The notes beneath the pieces are model-generated. The model ran no database searches. It was not told the origin of the DNA and saw only the letters and a program-made list of their open reading frames with translations. This document shows, one piece after another, positions 18,601 through 30,117 of a stretch of DNA of 64,000 nt; the stretch's first letter is position 1, and the number at the start of each line of letters is the position of its first letter. Both the position numbers and the translations under genes were made by a program. This DNA comes from Gammaproteobacteria bacterium (GTDB taxonomy: Bacteria > Pseudomonadota > Gammaproteobacteria > JAJDYQ01). The stretch is taken from contig JAPYNQ010000078.1 in assembly GCA_028289815.1 (NCBI GenBank), positions 49,471 through 113,470 of the forward strand, read 5' to 3'.

Positions 18601-19182
18601 GTGAAATTACAACGCATTATGAATATCGCCCTGCTTACTGCCAGCCTTATGGTATTCGGTAAGAATGCTGTTGCTGCCGAATATGAAATTGACATTGAAG
18701 GTATGCACGCAGCCATCCAGTTCCGTATCTACCACTTGGGCTACAGTGTGCTGACTGGTCGCTTCAACGACTTCGGTGGTTTCTTCACTTGGGATAGGAA
18801 CAATCCGGCGGTCTCATCCGTTGATGTGACCATCAACACGGCCAGTATTGATTCAAATCACGCTGAACGAGATAAGCATCTGCGGGAGCCTGACTTTCTG
18901 AACGTGGAGAAATATCCGCAAGCCACCTTTAAAAGTACGAAGTATAATGGCGATGCTGGAGGTGGTACGCTGGAAGGCATTCTGACCTTGCACGGGGTCA
19001 GTAAACCCATTGTCCTTGATATAAAGTTCATCGGCGAAGGCGCAGATCCTTGGGGCGGTTATCGCGCCGGTTTTGAAGGAAATGTGACTATACGACGCTC
19101 CGATTTCGGCATGATGTATAACCTCGGTCCCAAATCGGATGAGATGGAGCTGGATTTATACATTGAGGGAATCAGGAAATAG
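18601..19182 (+). CDS. yceI: YceI-family periplasmic polyisoprenoid-binding protein
   Basis: It has a signal peptide and the YceI-like core (HAAIQFRIYHLGYSVLTGRF, DSNHAERDKHLR). Confidence 0.85.
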   Translation: MKLQRIMNIALLTASLMVFGKNAVAAEYEIDIEGMHAAIQFRIYHLGYSVLTGRFNDFGGFFTWDRNNPAVSSVDVTINTASIDSNHAERDKHLREPDFLNVEKYPQATFKSTKYNGDAGGGTLEGILTLHGVSKPIVLDIKFIGEGADPWGGYRAGFEGNVTIRRSDFGMMYNLGPKSDEMELDLYIEGIRK

Positions 19183-19201
19183 GGTACAGCAAGCCCGATT
19201 C

Positions 19202-19759
19202 ATGTTGTTCAGAAATACCCCGTCTCTATTTGGCTTATTCAGCAAGTTGTTGCACTGGCTGATAGCCGGTCTGATTGTCTGCCTTATCTGGTTGGGCTGG
19301 TACATGGTAGATCTGGGCTACTATGACAAGTGGTACAAGGATGCACTGCACTATCACAAATCACTGGGCATGCTGGTTTTGGTCCTGGCTATGGTCAAGA
19401 TTGGCTGGCAATGCTATACACCAAAGCCAAGACCGCTGGCCGGTTTACATGCTTGGGAGAAGGCAGGAGCAACGGGCATGCACTACTTGCTATGGGGAAT
19501 GATGTTGCTGATACCTACTACTGGTTATCTCATCTCCACATCTGCGGGCCAGCCCATCCAACTATTTAACTGGTTTGCTATACCTGCCATTGTGGATGTG
19601 GATGAGAAGCTCAGAGATCTCGCCATTAATATTCACTATTATCTGGCATACGCTACGCTGTTTCTGGTTGCCGGTCATGCCGGTGCCGCCCTAAAGCATC
19701 ATTTCATCAACAAGGACGACACACTCAGACGCATGCTGTGGACAAACAAGGAAGTGTAA
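19202..19759 (+). CDS. Cytochrome b561 family protein (YceJ/CybB-like)
   Basis: It is a four-TM protein with conserved His ligands (LHW, HKSLG, HYYLAY, AGH). It is paired with yceI, as is typical. Confidence 0.8.
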   Translation: MLFRNTPSLFGLFSKLLHWLIAGLIVCLIWLGWYMVDLGYYDKWYKDALHYHKSLGMLVLVLAMVKIGWQCYTPKPRPLAGLHAWEKAGATGMHYLLWGMMLLIPTTGYLISTSAGQPIQLFNWFAIPAIVDVDEKLRDLAINIHYYLAYATLFLVAGHAGAALKHHFINKDDTLRRMLWTNKEV

Positions 19760-20179
19760 GATGCAGAGAGGCATGGTTAGAATCTTTGGTTCAAGTATTT
19801 TTCCGGTCCAGAAATAAACCTGAAAGAGGGTAGGTCGCAGTCCATTCCGGTAATTTCTCAGATGGTGGGATTTTAAGCTCCCTTGAAAGGCTGAAACATC
19901 TTGTTCCGGGCCACATGGTCAGTTTTACTGCCGACAGTTCTTAGGAGGAACCGGGTCCCGAGAACGCCGTTTATCACTATCAAGCTCCGGTGGCCTTAAG
20001 ATTACTGCATTGAGGCTGATTGTCCTATAGAAGTACAGTTATCCGCTCCGGTCCCAAGCTCCATTAGACAGCTTTTACACATTCTATTATGATATACAAA
20101 CACATGGTTTCCGCGTCTTCATTCAAATTATTAAGAATATTCCGACGCATTCAGATTTCGTCGAACATTAAGGTAGCAT

Positions 20180-21364
20180 ATGTCTAAAGTACTTTCGAAT
20201 CGTGTTCAAAAGGTCAGGCCTTCGCCGACTCTGGCGATTACCGCCCAAGCTGCGGAGTTACGTGCCCAAGGGAACGATGTCATAAGCTTGGGTGCCGGCG
20301 AACCGGATTTCGATACGCCGGATCATATTAAATCAGCGGCCATTGAAGCGATAGAAGCCGGATTTACCAAATATACCCCCGTTGACGGTACGACAGAATT
20401 GAAATCCGCGATTATTGACAAGTTCAGGCGCGACAATGGACTCGCATTTGCTGCTGACCAGATTCTGGTTTCGTGTGGGGCTAAACACAGTTTTTACAAT
20501 CTGTGCCAAGCAATTATCAATCCCGGTGATGAGGTCATTATTCCCGCCCCTTATTGGGTCTCCTACCCGGATATGACATTACTGGCAGATGGTGTTCCCG
20601 TTATTGTAGAGGCGAGCATGGAGCAACGCTTCAAAATCACACCGGAACAGCTAGATTCGGCTATCACGGACAAAACCCGGCTTTTTGTTATTAACAGCCC
20701 ATCCAATCCCACAGGAGTCTCCTATACCCGCAGGGAACTGAAGGCGTTGGGTGAGGTAATACTCCGCTATCCGCAGGTGCTCATCGTAACAGACGATATA
20801 TATGAGCACATTATCTGGAGTAAGGAACCTTTCTGCAATATCGCCATGGCTTGTCCCGATTTGCTTGACCGTACTATAGTGATTAATGGCGTATCTAAGG
20901 TATATGCCATGACAGGCTGGCGTATCGGTTATACAGGCGCCCCGGCTGAAGTTATCAGAGCAATGAAAAAGATACAGTCGCAGAGTACATCCAACCCGAC
21001 TTCAATTTCTCAGGTGGCATCCGTGGCAGCCCTGAGCAGCAGCCAATCATGTGTCACCAGTATGGTTACTGAATTTAAGAAGCGTCATGATTACGTCGTT
21101 GATGCCCTTAATGGTATCCCGGGAATATCCTGCTTGGCTGGTGATGGTACTTTTTATATTTTTCCTGATGCCAGCGAGATAATAGCGAGTAAGTCCGATC
21201 TCAAAAGCGACATTGAGTTGGCTTCTTTCCTGATTAATGAGGGCGGCGTTGCGGTTGTTCCAGGTAGTGCTTTTGGTTGCCCGGGTAACTTTCGTATATC
21301 TTTTGCAACCGGCATGGAAAATCTGGAATCCGCAGTTGGAAGAATATTGTCTGTATTGGTCTGA
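20180..21364 (+). CDS. aspC: Pyridoxal-phosphate-dependent aspartate/aromatic aminotransferase (class I)
   Basis: The motifs NPTG...SK.YAMTGWRIGY (Lys-PLP) and GAGEPDF, and a length of 394 aa, fit subgroup Ib AspAT. Confidence 0.85.
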   Translation: MSKVLSNRVQKVRPSPTLAITAQAAELRAQGNDVISLGAGEPDFDTPDHIKSAAIEAIEAGFTKYTPVDGTTELKSAIIDKFRRDNGLAFAADQILVSCGAKHSFYNLCQAIINPGDEVIIPAPYWVSYPDMTLLADGVPVIVEASMEQRFKITPEQLDSAITDKTRLFVINSPSNPTGVSYTRRELKALGEVILRYPQVLIVTDDIYEHIIWSKEPFCNIAMACPDLLDRTIVINGVSKVYAMTGWRIGYTGAPAEVIRAMKKIQSQSTSNPTSISQVASVAALSSSQSCVTSMVTEFKKRHDYVVDALNGIPGISCLAGDGTFYIFPDASEIIASKSDLKSDIELASFLINEGGVAVVPGSAFGCPGNFRISFATGMENLESAVGRILSVLV

Positions 21365-21433
21365 ATTCATGGAAAATGTCTTCCGGGTATTGCGAAGCTG
21401 ATGAAGCTTCAGTAGGATGTGCCTTCTTGCTGA

Positions 21434-21509
21434 TCCCCTGTAGCTCAGTTGGTAGAGCAAATGACTGTTAATCATTGGGTCGCTGGTTCGAGCCCGGCCG
21501 GGGGAGCCA
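21434..21509 (+). tRNA. tRNA-Asn (anticodon GTT)
   Basis: TCCCCTGTAGCTCAGTTGGTAGAGCAAATGACTGTTAATCATTGGGTCGCTGGTTCGAGCCCGGCCGGGGGAGCCA gives a 76-nt cloverleaf. Confidence 0.9.
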
Positions 21510-21977
21510 TTTTTATTCTACATCGGAGCGGGTTAAGCCTAGGAAACCACGAGTATTCACGCAGCACGCCAAGTGTTGGAAGTATAAGATGAAGCCCAAG
21601 GGCGACTTAGGTAGAGTGGGCGCAGGTAGGCCGCATGAGTGCGCATTTTGGCGAAGGCATCTCGCCAGCACTTGAGTATCGCGTTGTATATATTGTTTCC
21701 AAAGCCATAAAACTAAATGGCTACGTGGAACGTGCCAGTGACAGCCAACGGCAACAGCCGATACAAGCGTTATCCGCCTCTACCGGAAGGCTGTTGAAGG
21801 CGGAGGTGATCAGTCAGGAGCCGGCATAATACCAACGCTGATATAACCACCATTGACCATTGCTGTGAGATTGGTTATCAGATGTCTATGGGCTACTATC
21901 AGCATTTTATGCAGACTGCCTGATTTTGTTTCATGGGTATCAAGCCAGAACATGGCCTGTTTCATCCATGCCCGCAC

Positions 21978-22847
21978 CTATAAACTGTTTAGATACTTTC
22001 TGAATTCGTCAGCCAACTCCGGATGTTTCATTGCGTATCCAACTGTTGCCTTTAAAAGGCCAAGTTTCGATCCACAATCGTATCGGATCCCATCAAAGCG
22101 GAAGGCATGAACTTGTTGTTGTTGTGCCAAGACTGCTATGGCATCGGTTAACTGAATTTCGTCACCGGCACCCCGTCCGGTCTTTTCGAGAATAGGGAAT
22201 ATTTTGGGCTGCAGGATATATCGACCAATAACAGCCAGATTGGATGGTGCTGTTGTTCGAGGCGGTTTCTCGACAATGTGTCGCACACGCATAGGATTGC
22301 TTTCGGTGTTATCAACGCTGACCACGCCATAGGCCGTTATATTGTCCGCGGATATTTCATCCACTGCGATAGTGCTGCCGCCAGTCTGGCGTTGTACATC
22401 AACTATTTGTTGCAGACAGCCTGTCTTATGGTCAACCATGTCATCCGGCAACAGTACCGCAAAGGGTTCATCACCGACAATCGGTCTAGCACATAATATC
22501 GCATGACCTAGGCCTAAAGGGTGAGATTGCCGTATGAAGCTACAGTTTACAGACGATGGAATAATATTACGGGCAATGTCCAAGAGCGTGGTTTTTTGTT
22601 TTGCCTGCAATTCAATTTCCAGATCCACTGCCGTATCGAAATGATCTTCAATAGATTTTTTGGTTCGTCCTGTCACGAAAACCATATCGGTACAGCCTGC
22701 CTCTACAGCCTCTTCTACTGCATATTGGATCAGTGGTTTATCCACTATGGGCAGCATCTCCTTTGCAATAGCCTTGGTTGCCGGCAGGAAACGAGTGCCA
22801 AGCCCGCCTACAGGGAAAACGGCTTTTTTAATGGTCGGCTGTGCCAT
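21978..22847 (-). CDS. galU: UTP--glucose-1-phosphate uridylyltransferase
   Basis: AVFPVGGLGTRFLPATKAIAKEMLPIVDKPLIQY is the GalU N-terminal signature. Confidence 0.9.
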   Translation of the reverse strand: MAQPTIKKAVFPVGGLGTRFLPATKAIAKEMLPIVDKPLIQYAVEEAVEAGCTDMVFVTGRTKKSIEDHFDTAVDLEIELQAKQKTTLLDIARNIIPSSVNCSFIRQSHPLGLGHAILCARPIVGDEPFAVLLPDDMVDHKTGCLQQIVDVQRQTGGSTIAVDEISADNITAYGVVSVDNTESNPMRVRHIVEKPPRTTAPSNLAVIGRYILQPKIFPILEKTGRGAGDEIQLTDAIAVLAQQQQVHAFRFDGIRYDCGSKLGLLKATVGYAMKHPELADEFRKYLNSL

Positions 22848-23046
22848 GATTTTGTGTCCGATGGATATTCTGAGATATGCCCGCTGATTATCTCAAAAAT
22901 TCTGCTTCGCTCATATCGTCAGCAGGCTTTATCAAGAATACAAACCCAAGTGTCAAAACATAAGTTTTTTAGTAATAGTTAACCAAGCGAGCATCTAGAA
23001 TATCAGCTGAAGAGATATACGTCCGGTACAATTTTCGGATACTGCT

Positions 23047-24096
23047 TCAATATGTTTCCTCTATAGCCAGATGCCTTGCAAATTTGGTTTCTATCAAAAA
23101 AATAATTACCATATAGGCGATTAGCAGGAGTAAAGAAACGATTAGCTGGACAAAAACCTCGGCATCAAAGATAAGTATTGCGCATAAAGAGACAGTAAGC
23201 ATGGTGGCATATCCTACAAGCAAGATCTTTGTACGCCTCAAGCCTGACCTTATCAGAATTTGATAATAGTGGTTATTATGTGGCTGCCAGAATTTCTCTC
23301 TACGATATATGCGCTTAATCAACGTTAGCGATGCGTCAATCATAAAAGGCGAAAAAATAATAACCGACAGCCAGATAGGAATAACACTCTCATTGTGGGC
23401 ATATAGCGATAGCACAGCGACCGAAAAGCCAAGTAGATATGATCCGACATCTCCCATGAATACCTTCGCGGGCGGCAGATTGTAGCAGAGAAATCCTGCG
23501 GTGGATACAACTAGGCTCAAACTTATAAACAATAGTAAACTGTCGCCTTTGATATACGACAGCACGGCATATGTGCTAAAACCAATAACAGACATGCCAC
23601 CAGCGAATCCATCCATGCCATCCATGAAGTTGTACAAATTGATTGTCCAGATAATATATATAGCAGTAGTCACAATTGATAGCCAGCCTGCAATCACCCA
23701 ATGTCCACCTGGAAGTGATATTGCAGAGAGTATTATACCTTTTGATATAATATATCCGGCTATTGCTGTCTGAACAGCTAACCTTATAGAAACCGATAAG
23801 TCAGAGATATCATCTGCAAAAGCAACTATCGCCAGTATGGTAGCTGACAGGCCATACCACATTAAAAATGATGTCTGACCATATACGAAATAATGAGATA
23901 AAACGCCGGATAGCAGCGCCACATAAATTGCCAGTCCACCAGTTCGAGGAGTGGGTTCCGTATGCAAGGAATAGCTTTTGGGTTCATCTAGAATCCGTAG
24001 CTTTGACTGGCTGTGCGATAAGTAGCACGTTATAGCCAAAGAACTCATAAACATCATGAGTAGTATCGCAGGCATAAATAGCTGATCAAATAGCAT
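23047..24096 (-). CDS. Glycosyltransferase family 4, undecaprenyl-phosphate sugar-1-phosphate transferase (WecA/WbpL/MraY family)
   Basis: It is a polytopic protein with NLYNFMDGMDG and VFMGDVGS motifs. Confidence 0.8.
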   Translation of the reverse strand: MLFDQLFMPAILLMMFMSSLAITCYLSHSQSKLRILDEPKSYSLHTEPTPRTGGLAIYVALLSGVLSHYFVYGQTSFLMWYGLSATILAIVAFADDISDLSVSIRLAVQTAIAGYIISKGIILSAISLPGGHWVIAGWLSIVTTAIYIIWTINLYNFMDGMDGFAGGMSVIGFSTYAVLSYIKGDSLLLFISLSLVVSTAGFLCYNLPPAKVFMGDVGSYLLGFSVAVLSLYAHNESVIPIWLSVIIFSPFMIDASLTLIKRIYRREKFWQPHNNHYYQILIRSGLRRTKILLVGYATMLTVSLCAILIFDAEVFVQLIVSLLLLIAYMVIIFLIETKFARHLAIEETY

Positions 24097-25031
24097 GATT
24101 AATAAGCCTTCCGGCCCTGTTTTTGATATCGTATTGCTGGACTGGTAATAGGCTCAACAAAGTAGTGGAGCTTAGCAGATTCATGGAGTGATATTGAACC
24201 CGATTGCCATCTACCTTGATTGGTAAATCCAAAGCCATAACACAGTCTGTTTTTTCTTGCCGACACCTACCAAGGTAGTGTTTGGTTAAGCCCGTCGTAT
24301 TTGTGATAATCGTACTATTCATTTATGTTCTGTACTTGCCTTGAAAGTTCATTATGTCCATGAAGCTACTGCCCGTTGTTCGGCTTGGAGTTCAAATTCC
24401 GTGAAAACCTGACCAAATTGTTTTCGCTGGGTGTCCGGCTGTGTCAGAACGCGCCCATCAGTCTTTCCAGAGTATCCTCAGTCCCTGAGAAAGATTTTAC
24501 CATCCGCTGCGGAACCTCGTAAATCAGTTATATGGGTCCATCATTTATAAAGGCAAGGTTAAGTCTTTCCATAACCTCTGATTTATGGTTTCTTTAAACT
24601 TGCTGCTGAGTAGTTCAATATGATCATTTTTATTTTGTTGCCTACCTTCGCTGGTAATGTCCGGGTACTCCTAAAGGAACAGAACTCGTGATTCTAATCA
24701 AGAACCATTATATTGATTCCGCCTGACATCTCTTCGATCACAAGGCGGTATTTATAAATTTTAGGGTTTATGTCTTCTTTACTTGCTGTCATATTTTATT
24801 ACTGTACTGATTCTGATCTTGTCTTTATGTTCCAAAATTAAAGCTGTGCGACGCAAACGAGGTGCAGAGTAGCTTGCGTCCGGACAAGTGACTTGTTAGA
24901 TCTTTATAGTCAATATACTCATCACCCTGATACTGCTTATCGGGATATGACAGTCGATTTGTATTGATTGTTACGCCCTTATCAAGATTATGTATAAAAA
25001 ATAAACTCATATTGTATGAATGAATTTGGCA

Positions 25032-26390
<1,359 letters not shown>

Positions 26391-26448
26391 TTACCTGCGG
26401 CAGATATCCTCCTTACTGATATTTTTCGTGGGAAAAACCAGAGCTTTC

Positions 26449-27621
26449 CTAGAGGGAGACGACTTCCCAACTGTCGCCTTGTTTGACCAAGCGGCGATCA
26501 CATCTGCTTATTTTATCCTGATTGGTAAGGCTCTGTATAACCCGCTCACCTTTTTCACGGAGATTGGTGATCACATTCTGCAGCTGGGGGTCGCTATCCC
26601 ACGGTGCCAGAATCGCCGGGCGATAAGGCATCGTATTCCGACCTGACAGTTGAACCCATTGCTTCAGATCGGCACTAAAGCCTGTCGCAGGGCGCAAAAC
26701 TCCAAAATCCTGGCCGATATTATCGTATCGCCCTCCTTGGGCAATCGCTTTGCCATGGCCGATTGAATAGGCGGCAAAAACAACTCCGGTGTGGTAGCGA
26801 TAACCGCGCAGTTCTGCCAAATCAAAATGCAGATTGAGCCCCGGAATACGTTCCAGCAGTAAATTCGCTACCGATTGTAGCACCTGTAATGACTGTTGAA
26901 CCTGTGTGCCGGAACCTTGCAGTTTTATAGCGGCTTGTTCCAGATTCGCTATTCCGCCATTAAGGTCGCATAATGTGGCTAACTGTAACTTAGCACTGTC
27001 ACCGGTCCGGCAACCTTCCAAAAATTGCTGTAGCTCCGGTACCGATTTGCGTTGCAGGATGTCGAATAAAAACGCCTCCTGAGATTTACTCAGATCGGCA
27101 TCGCGTATCAGTCCACGAAACACGCCAACATGGCCAATATCCAGCAGTATATCACCAACTCCAGCAGTTTTTAGAGACTCCATCATCAGCGTAATCACCT
27201 CAGTGTCACTCTCGGGTCCATGATGGCCATACAGCTCGACACCTATTTGCAGAGGGCTGCGGGAACCACCTGGCTCAATCGGGCGAGTTCGCAAGACGGT
27301 CCCCATGTAGCACAGCCGTGTTGGTTCATTACGTCTCAGTGTCACCGACTCAATCCGCGCCACCTGAGGAGTCATATCGGCACGGACACCCATGGTGCGA
27401 CCGGTTAACTGGTCAGTGAGTTTGAATGTCTGAATATCCAGATCCGAACCTGTACTGGTTAGCAATGACTCCAGATATTCAATGAAAGGGGGTATCACCA
27501 GCTCATAACCCCAGCCTCGGTATAAATCAAGTAACTGACGGCGCAGGTCTTCCAAGCGGCTGGCGGCTTCCGGCAGCACCTCTTCCATACCCTCGGGTAA
27601 TAGCCAGCGATTTTCGCTCAT
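26449..27621 (-). CDS. hisZ: ATP phosphoribosyltransferase regulatory subunit (HisRS paralog)
   Basis: It has a class-II aaRS-like core (GVRADMTPQVARI). Its position between hflC and purA matches the conserved beta/gamma-proteobacterial arrangement. Confidence 0.85.
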   Translation of the reverse strand: MSENRWLLPEGMEEVLPEAASRLEDLRRQLLDLYRGWGYELVIPPFIEYLESLLTSTGSDLDIQTFKLTDQLTGRTMGVRADMTPQVARIESVTLRRNEPTRLCYMGTVLRTRPIEPGGSRSPLQIGVELYGHHGPESDTEVITLMMESLKTAGVGDILLDIGHVGVFRGLIRDADLSKSQEAFLFDILQRKSVPELQQFLEGCRTGDSAKLQLATLCDLNGGIANLEQAAIKLQGSGTQVQQSLQVLQSVANLLLERIPGLNLHFDLAELRGYRYHTGVVFAAYSIGHGKAIAQGGRYDNIGQDFGVLRPATGFSADLKQWVQLSGRNTMPYRPAILAPWDSDPQLQNVITNLREKGERVIQSLTNQDKISRCDRRLVKQGDSWEVVSL

Positions 27622-27625
27622 TTGC

Positions 27626-27823
27626 TCAGCCTCTTACCCAATAGAGAGCTGCTAGGCCGACTCCTATCCAGACCATGCCTAGGATACGAATGCTTTTTTC
27701 TTCCATCTCACTAACCACTTTCAGCATTCTGCGGAATGGGCCCGGATTAATAAATGGCATAATGCCCTCAATAATCAACATGAGCGCAACCGCAGCCCAC
27801 AGGTCATCCCAGGCAATATCCAT
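27626..27823 (-). CDS. DUF2065 family small membrane protein
   Basis: 65 aa with two TM helices. It lies between hflC and hisZ, as in many proteobacteria. Confidence 0.6.
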   Translation of the reverse strand: MDIAWDDLWAAVALMLIIEGIMPFINPGPFRRMLKVVSEMEEKSIRILGMVWIGVGLAALYWVRG

Positions 27824-27838
27824 CGAAATGTCAACTGC

Positions 27839-28726
27839 TTATTGGGTAACGGCCGGCAGTCCTACAGGGCTGTTGAAGTAACGGAAAAATTCACTATCCG
27901 GTTCCAGCACCATAACATCCCCATATCCCTGAAATGTCTTACGGTAGGCCTCAAGGCTACGATAAAGTCTGAAGAATCCTTCGTTTTTTCCATAGGCCTT
28001 AGCATACGTTTCTGCTGCAGTCGCATCGCCCTCACCGCGTATTTCTTGTGCCTTGCGATAAGCCGAAGCCAATATCTCGGTGCGTTGACGGTCCGCGTCC
28101 GCACGAATCTGCTCCGCAACTTCCGCGCCCTGTGAGCGCAGATCATTAGCAACCCGCTTACGCTCGGAGCGCATCCGGTCAAAGACAGAATCACTGACTT
28201 CATCCGGCAAATCAATTTTCTTGATTCGGACATCCACCACCTTTGCCCCCAGCTCAGAAGCAGCCTGATTAGCCTGATCACGCAAAATATTCATCACTTC
28301 TCTGCGTTCGCCGGAGACTACTTCTTTTATTGTTCGAAGGCCGAACTCATCACGCAGTCCAGCATTCACCTTTTGTGCCAGAAGTCGCTGGGCCGCAAAC
28401 TCGTCACCACCGGTCGTTGTAAAGTATTTTTCCTCATCTTCAATTCTCCACATGATGAAGGAGTCAACAATGAGAAATTTCTTTTCTTTGGTGATAAAAC
28501 GTTCGGGTTCTGCATCTAGGGCTAATGTTCGCTTATCAAACTTCTTAACCTCTTCGATGAACGGGATCTTGAAATACAATCCGGGCTCATAGTCCGAACG
28601 TTGCACCTTTTTGAATTGCAGGAGTACAGCCTTCTCCATCATATTTACCGTGTAGAACACCTGCGGGGCAAGCGCTGTCAACAAAATAATGACTATAGTA
28701 AACAACTGAATTTTGATTGTGCTCAT
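27839..28726 (-). CDS. hflC: Protease modulator HflC (SPFH/band-7)
   Basis: It has an SPFH domain. It overlaps hflK by 4 nt. Confidence 0.9.
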   Translation of the reverse strand: MSTIKIQLFTIVIILLTALAPQVFYTVNMMEKAVLLQFKKVQRSDYEPGLYFKIPFIEEVKKFDKRTLALDAEPERFITKEKKFLIVDSFIMWRIEDEEKYFTTTGGDEFAAQRLLAQKVNAGLRDEFGLRTIKEVVSGERREVMNILRDQANQAASELGAKVVDVRIKKIDLPDEVSDSVFDRMRSERKRVANDLRSQGAEVAEQIRADADRQRTEILASAYRKAQEIRGEGDATAAETYAKAYGKNEGFFRLYRSLEAYRKTFQGYGDVMVLEPDSEFFRYFNSPVGLPAVTQ

Positions 28727-29934
28727 CGACGTATCTCCGGACGTGAGTCGGAGCGAAAAGGCGTTGTCTCGCTATGTATAGGTGGTGCTTGGATGCGAGT
28801 GGTCGGTTGAGGCGCGGCCGCCGCTCCTGCGGCCTGTGTGGCAATTTTATCCAATGGCAGGTACATAAGGTTGTTGCCACTCTCAACATCAATCATGATT
28901 TTACGGTTGTTGGCTAACACATTTTCCACCGTTTCAAGATATAGTCGTTCTCTGGTAACTTTGGGTGCCTTTTCATATTCTCCGAGCAGCTGTTTAAAGC
29001 GGCTGGCATTACCTTCGGCTTCGTCAATGACTTGGGCCCTGTGTGCTTCGGCATCTGCAATATCTCTGGCATATCTACCGCGTGCCTTTGGAATGATGTC
29101 ATTACGGTAGGCTTCAGCTTCATTCTTTGCCCGTTCTTGATCCTCTCGAGCCTTGATAGCATCATCAAATGCGGCCTTTACTGCTTCAGGTGGTTTCGCA
29201 TCTTCAAGTTTGAGTTCACTTATGACCAAGCCAGTATTGTACTCGTCCAAAATCTGTTGCATGAGCTGGCGAGTCTGTGTTGCAATTGAGATGCGTCCCT
29301 CGGTCAGAACATAATCCATGCTGGACTTGCCTACCACATCCCTGACAGAACTCTCCATGATGGAGCGTAGGACGCTATCCGGACTCCGGTTTGGCCAGCG
29401 GATTTCAAATAAGAATTTCTCTGGTTTCTGGATTTGATACTGAATAAAAAATTTAACTTCAACCAGATTCTCGTCTTTTGTCAGCATTCTGGCATCATCG
29501 GTAAAGTTATATATCTTTTTCACGTCGATTTTATAAACCTTCTCAATAGGACGCGGAAGACGAAAATTCAAGCCGGGCTGGATAGTATCCACGTACTTGC
29601 CGAAGCGGAGCACAACACCACGTTCTGCCTGTTGAACGGTGTGGGTCATGTCATATGCTAACCAGATAATGACTAGAACGATAACGACAATTACATAGGG
29701 ACCGATTCCGCCGGACCTGCCTGATGATTTACCTCCGGAACCATTACCACGACCGCTCCTCTTTCCGCCAAACAATCCACCGAATTTTTCACGCATTTTT
29801 TTGACAACTTCATCAAGGTCAGGAGGACCATCCTTGTTATTGATTCCCCATGGATCATTCTTTTTATCTTTATTATCGGCATTCCAAGGGTCATTCTTAT
29901 TATCTTTACCTTGACTGGGCTCATTCCAAGTCAT
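28723..29934 (-). CDS. hflK: Protease modulator HflK (SPFH/band-7)
   Basis: MTWNEPSQG... is a Gly-rich N-terminus like E. coli HflK, followed by an SPFH domain. The start is chosen at the internal Met (29934). Confidence 0.9.
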   Translation of the reverse strand: MTWNEPSQGKDNKNDPWNADNKDKKNDPWGINNKDGPPDLDEVVKKMREKFGGLFGGKRSGRGNGSGGKSSGRSGGIGPYVIVVIVLVIIWLAYDMTHTVQQAERGVVLRFGKYVDTIQPGLNFRLPRPIEKVYKIDVKKIYNFTDDARMLTKDENLVEVKFFIQYQIQKPEKFLFEIRWPNRSPDSVLRSIMESSVRDVVGKSSMDYVLTEGRISIATQTRQLMQQILDEYNTGLVISELKLEDAKPPEAVKAAFDDAIKAREDQERAKNEAEAYRNDIIPKARGRYARDIADAEAHRAQVIDEAEGNASRFKQLLGEYEKAPKVTRERLYLETVENVLANNRKIMIDVESGNNLMYLPLDKIATQAAGAAAAPQPTTRIQAPPIHSETTPFRSDSRPEIRR

Positions 29935-30117
29935 CTTTAGCCTTTTGAGATGAATCAGCCCGACCAAGAGTCTGCTTCTGGAGGGATGCATATTGATCAT
30001 GGAGAAAACGCCTGATTTAGTTAAAGGTAGGCATTGTAGGCAGTGTAATCACAGGTCGCAACTTTACTGTATTTATGACATAGACTGAATTTTTTATGCC
30101 GGTTGATAAATGTTTTT

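Noticed and set aside
21510-21977. Possible integrase remnant or att site downstream of tRNA-Asn
   Set aside because: No integrase-like translation in any frame and no repeat of the tRNA 3' end were found. It is treated as an ordinary intergenic region between tRNA-Asn and galU.
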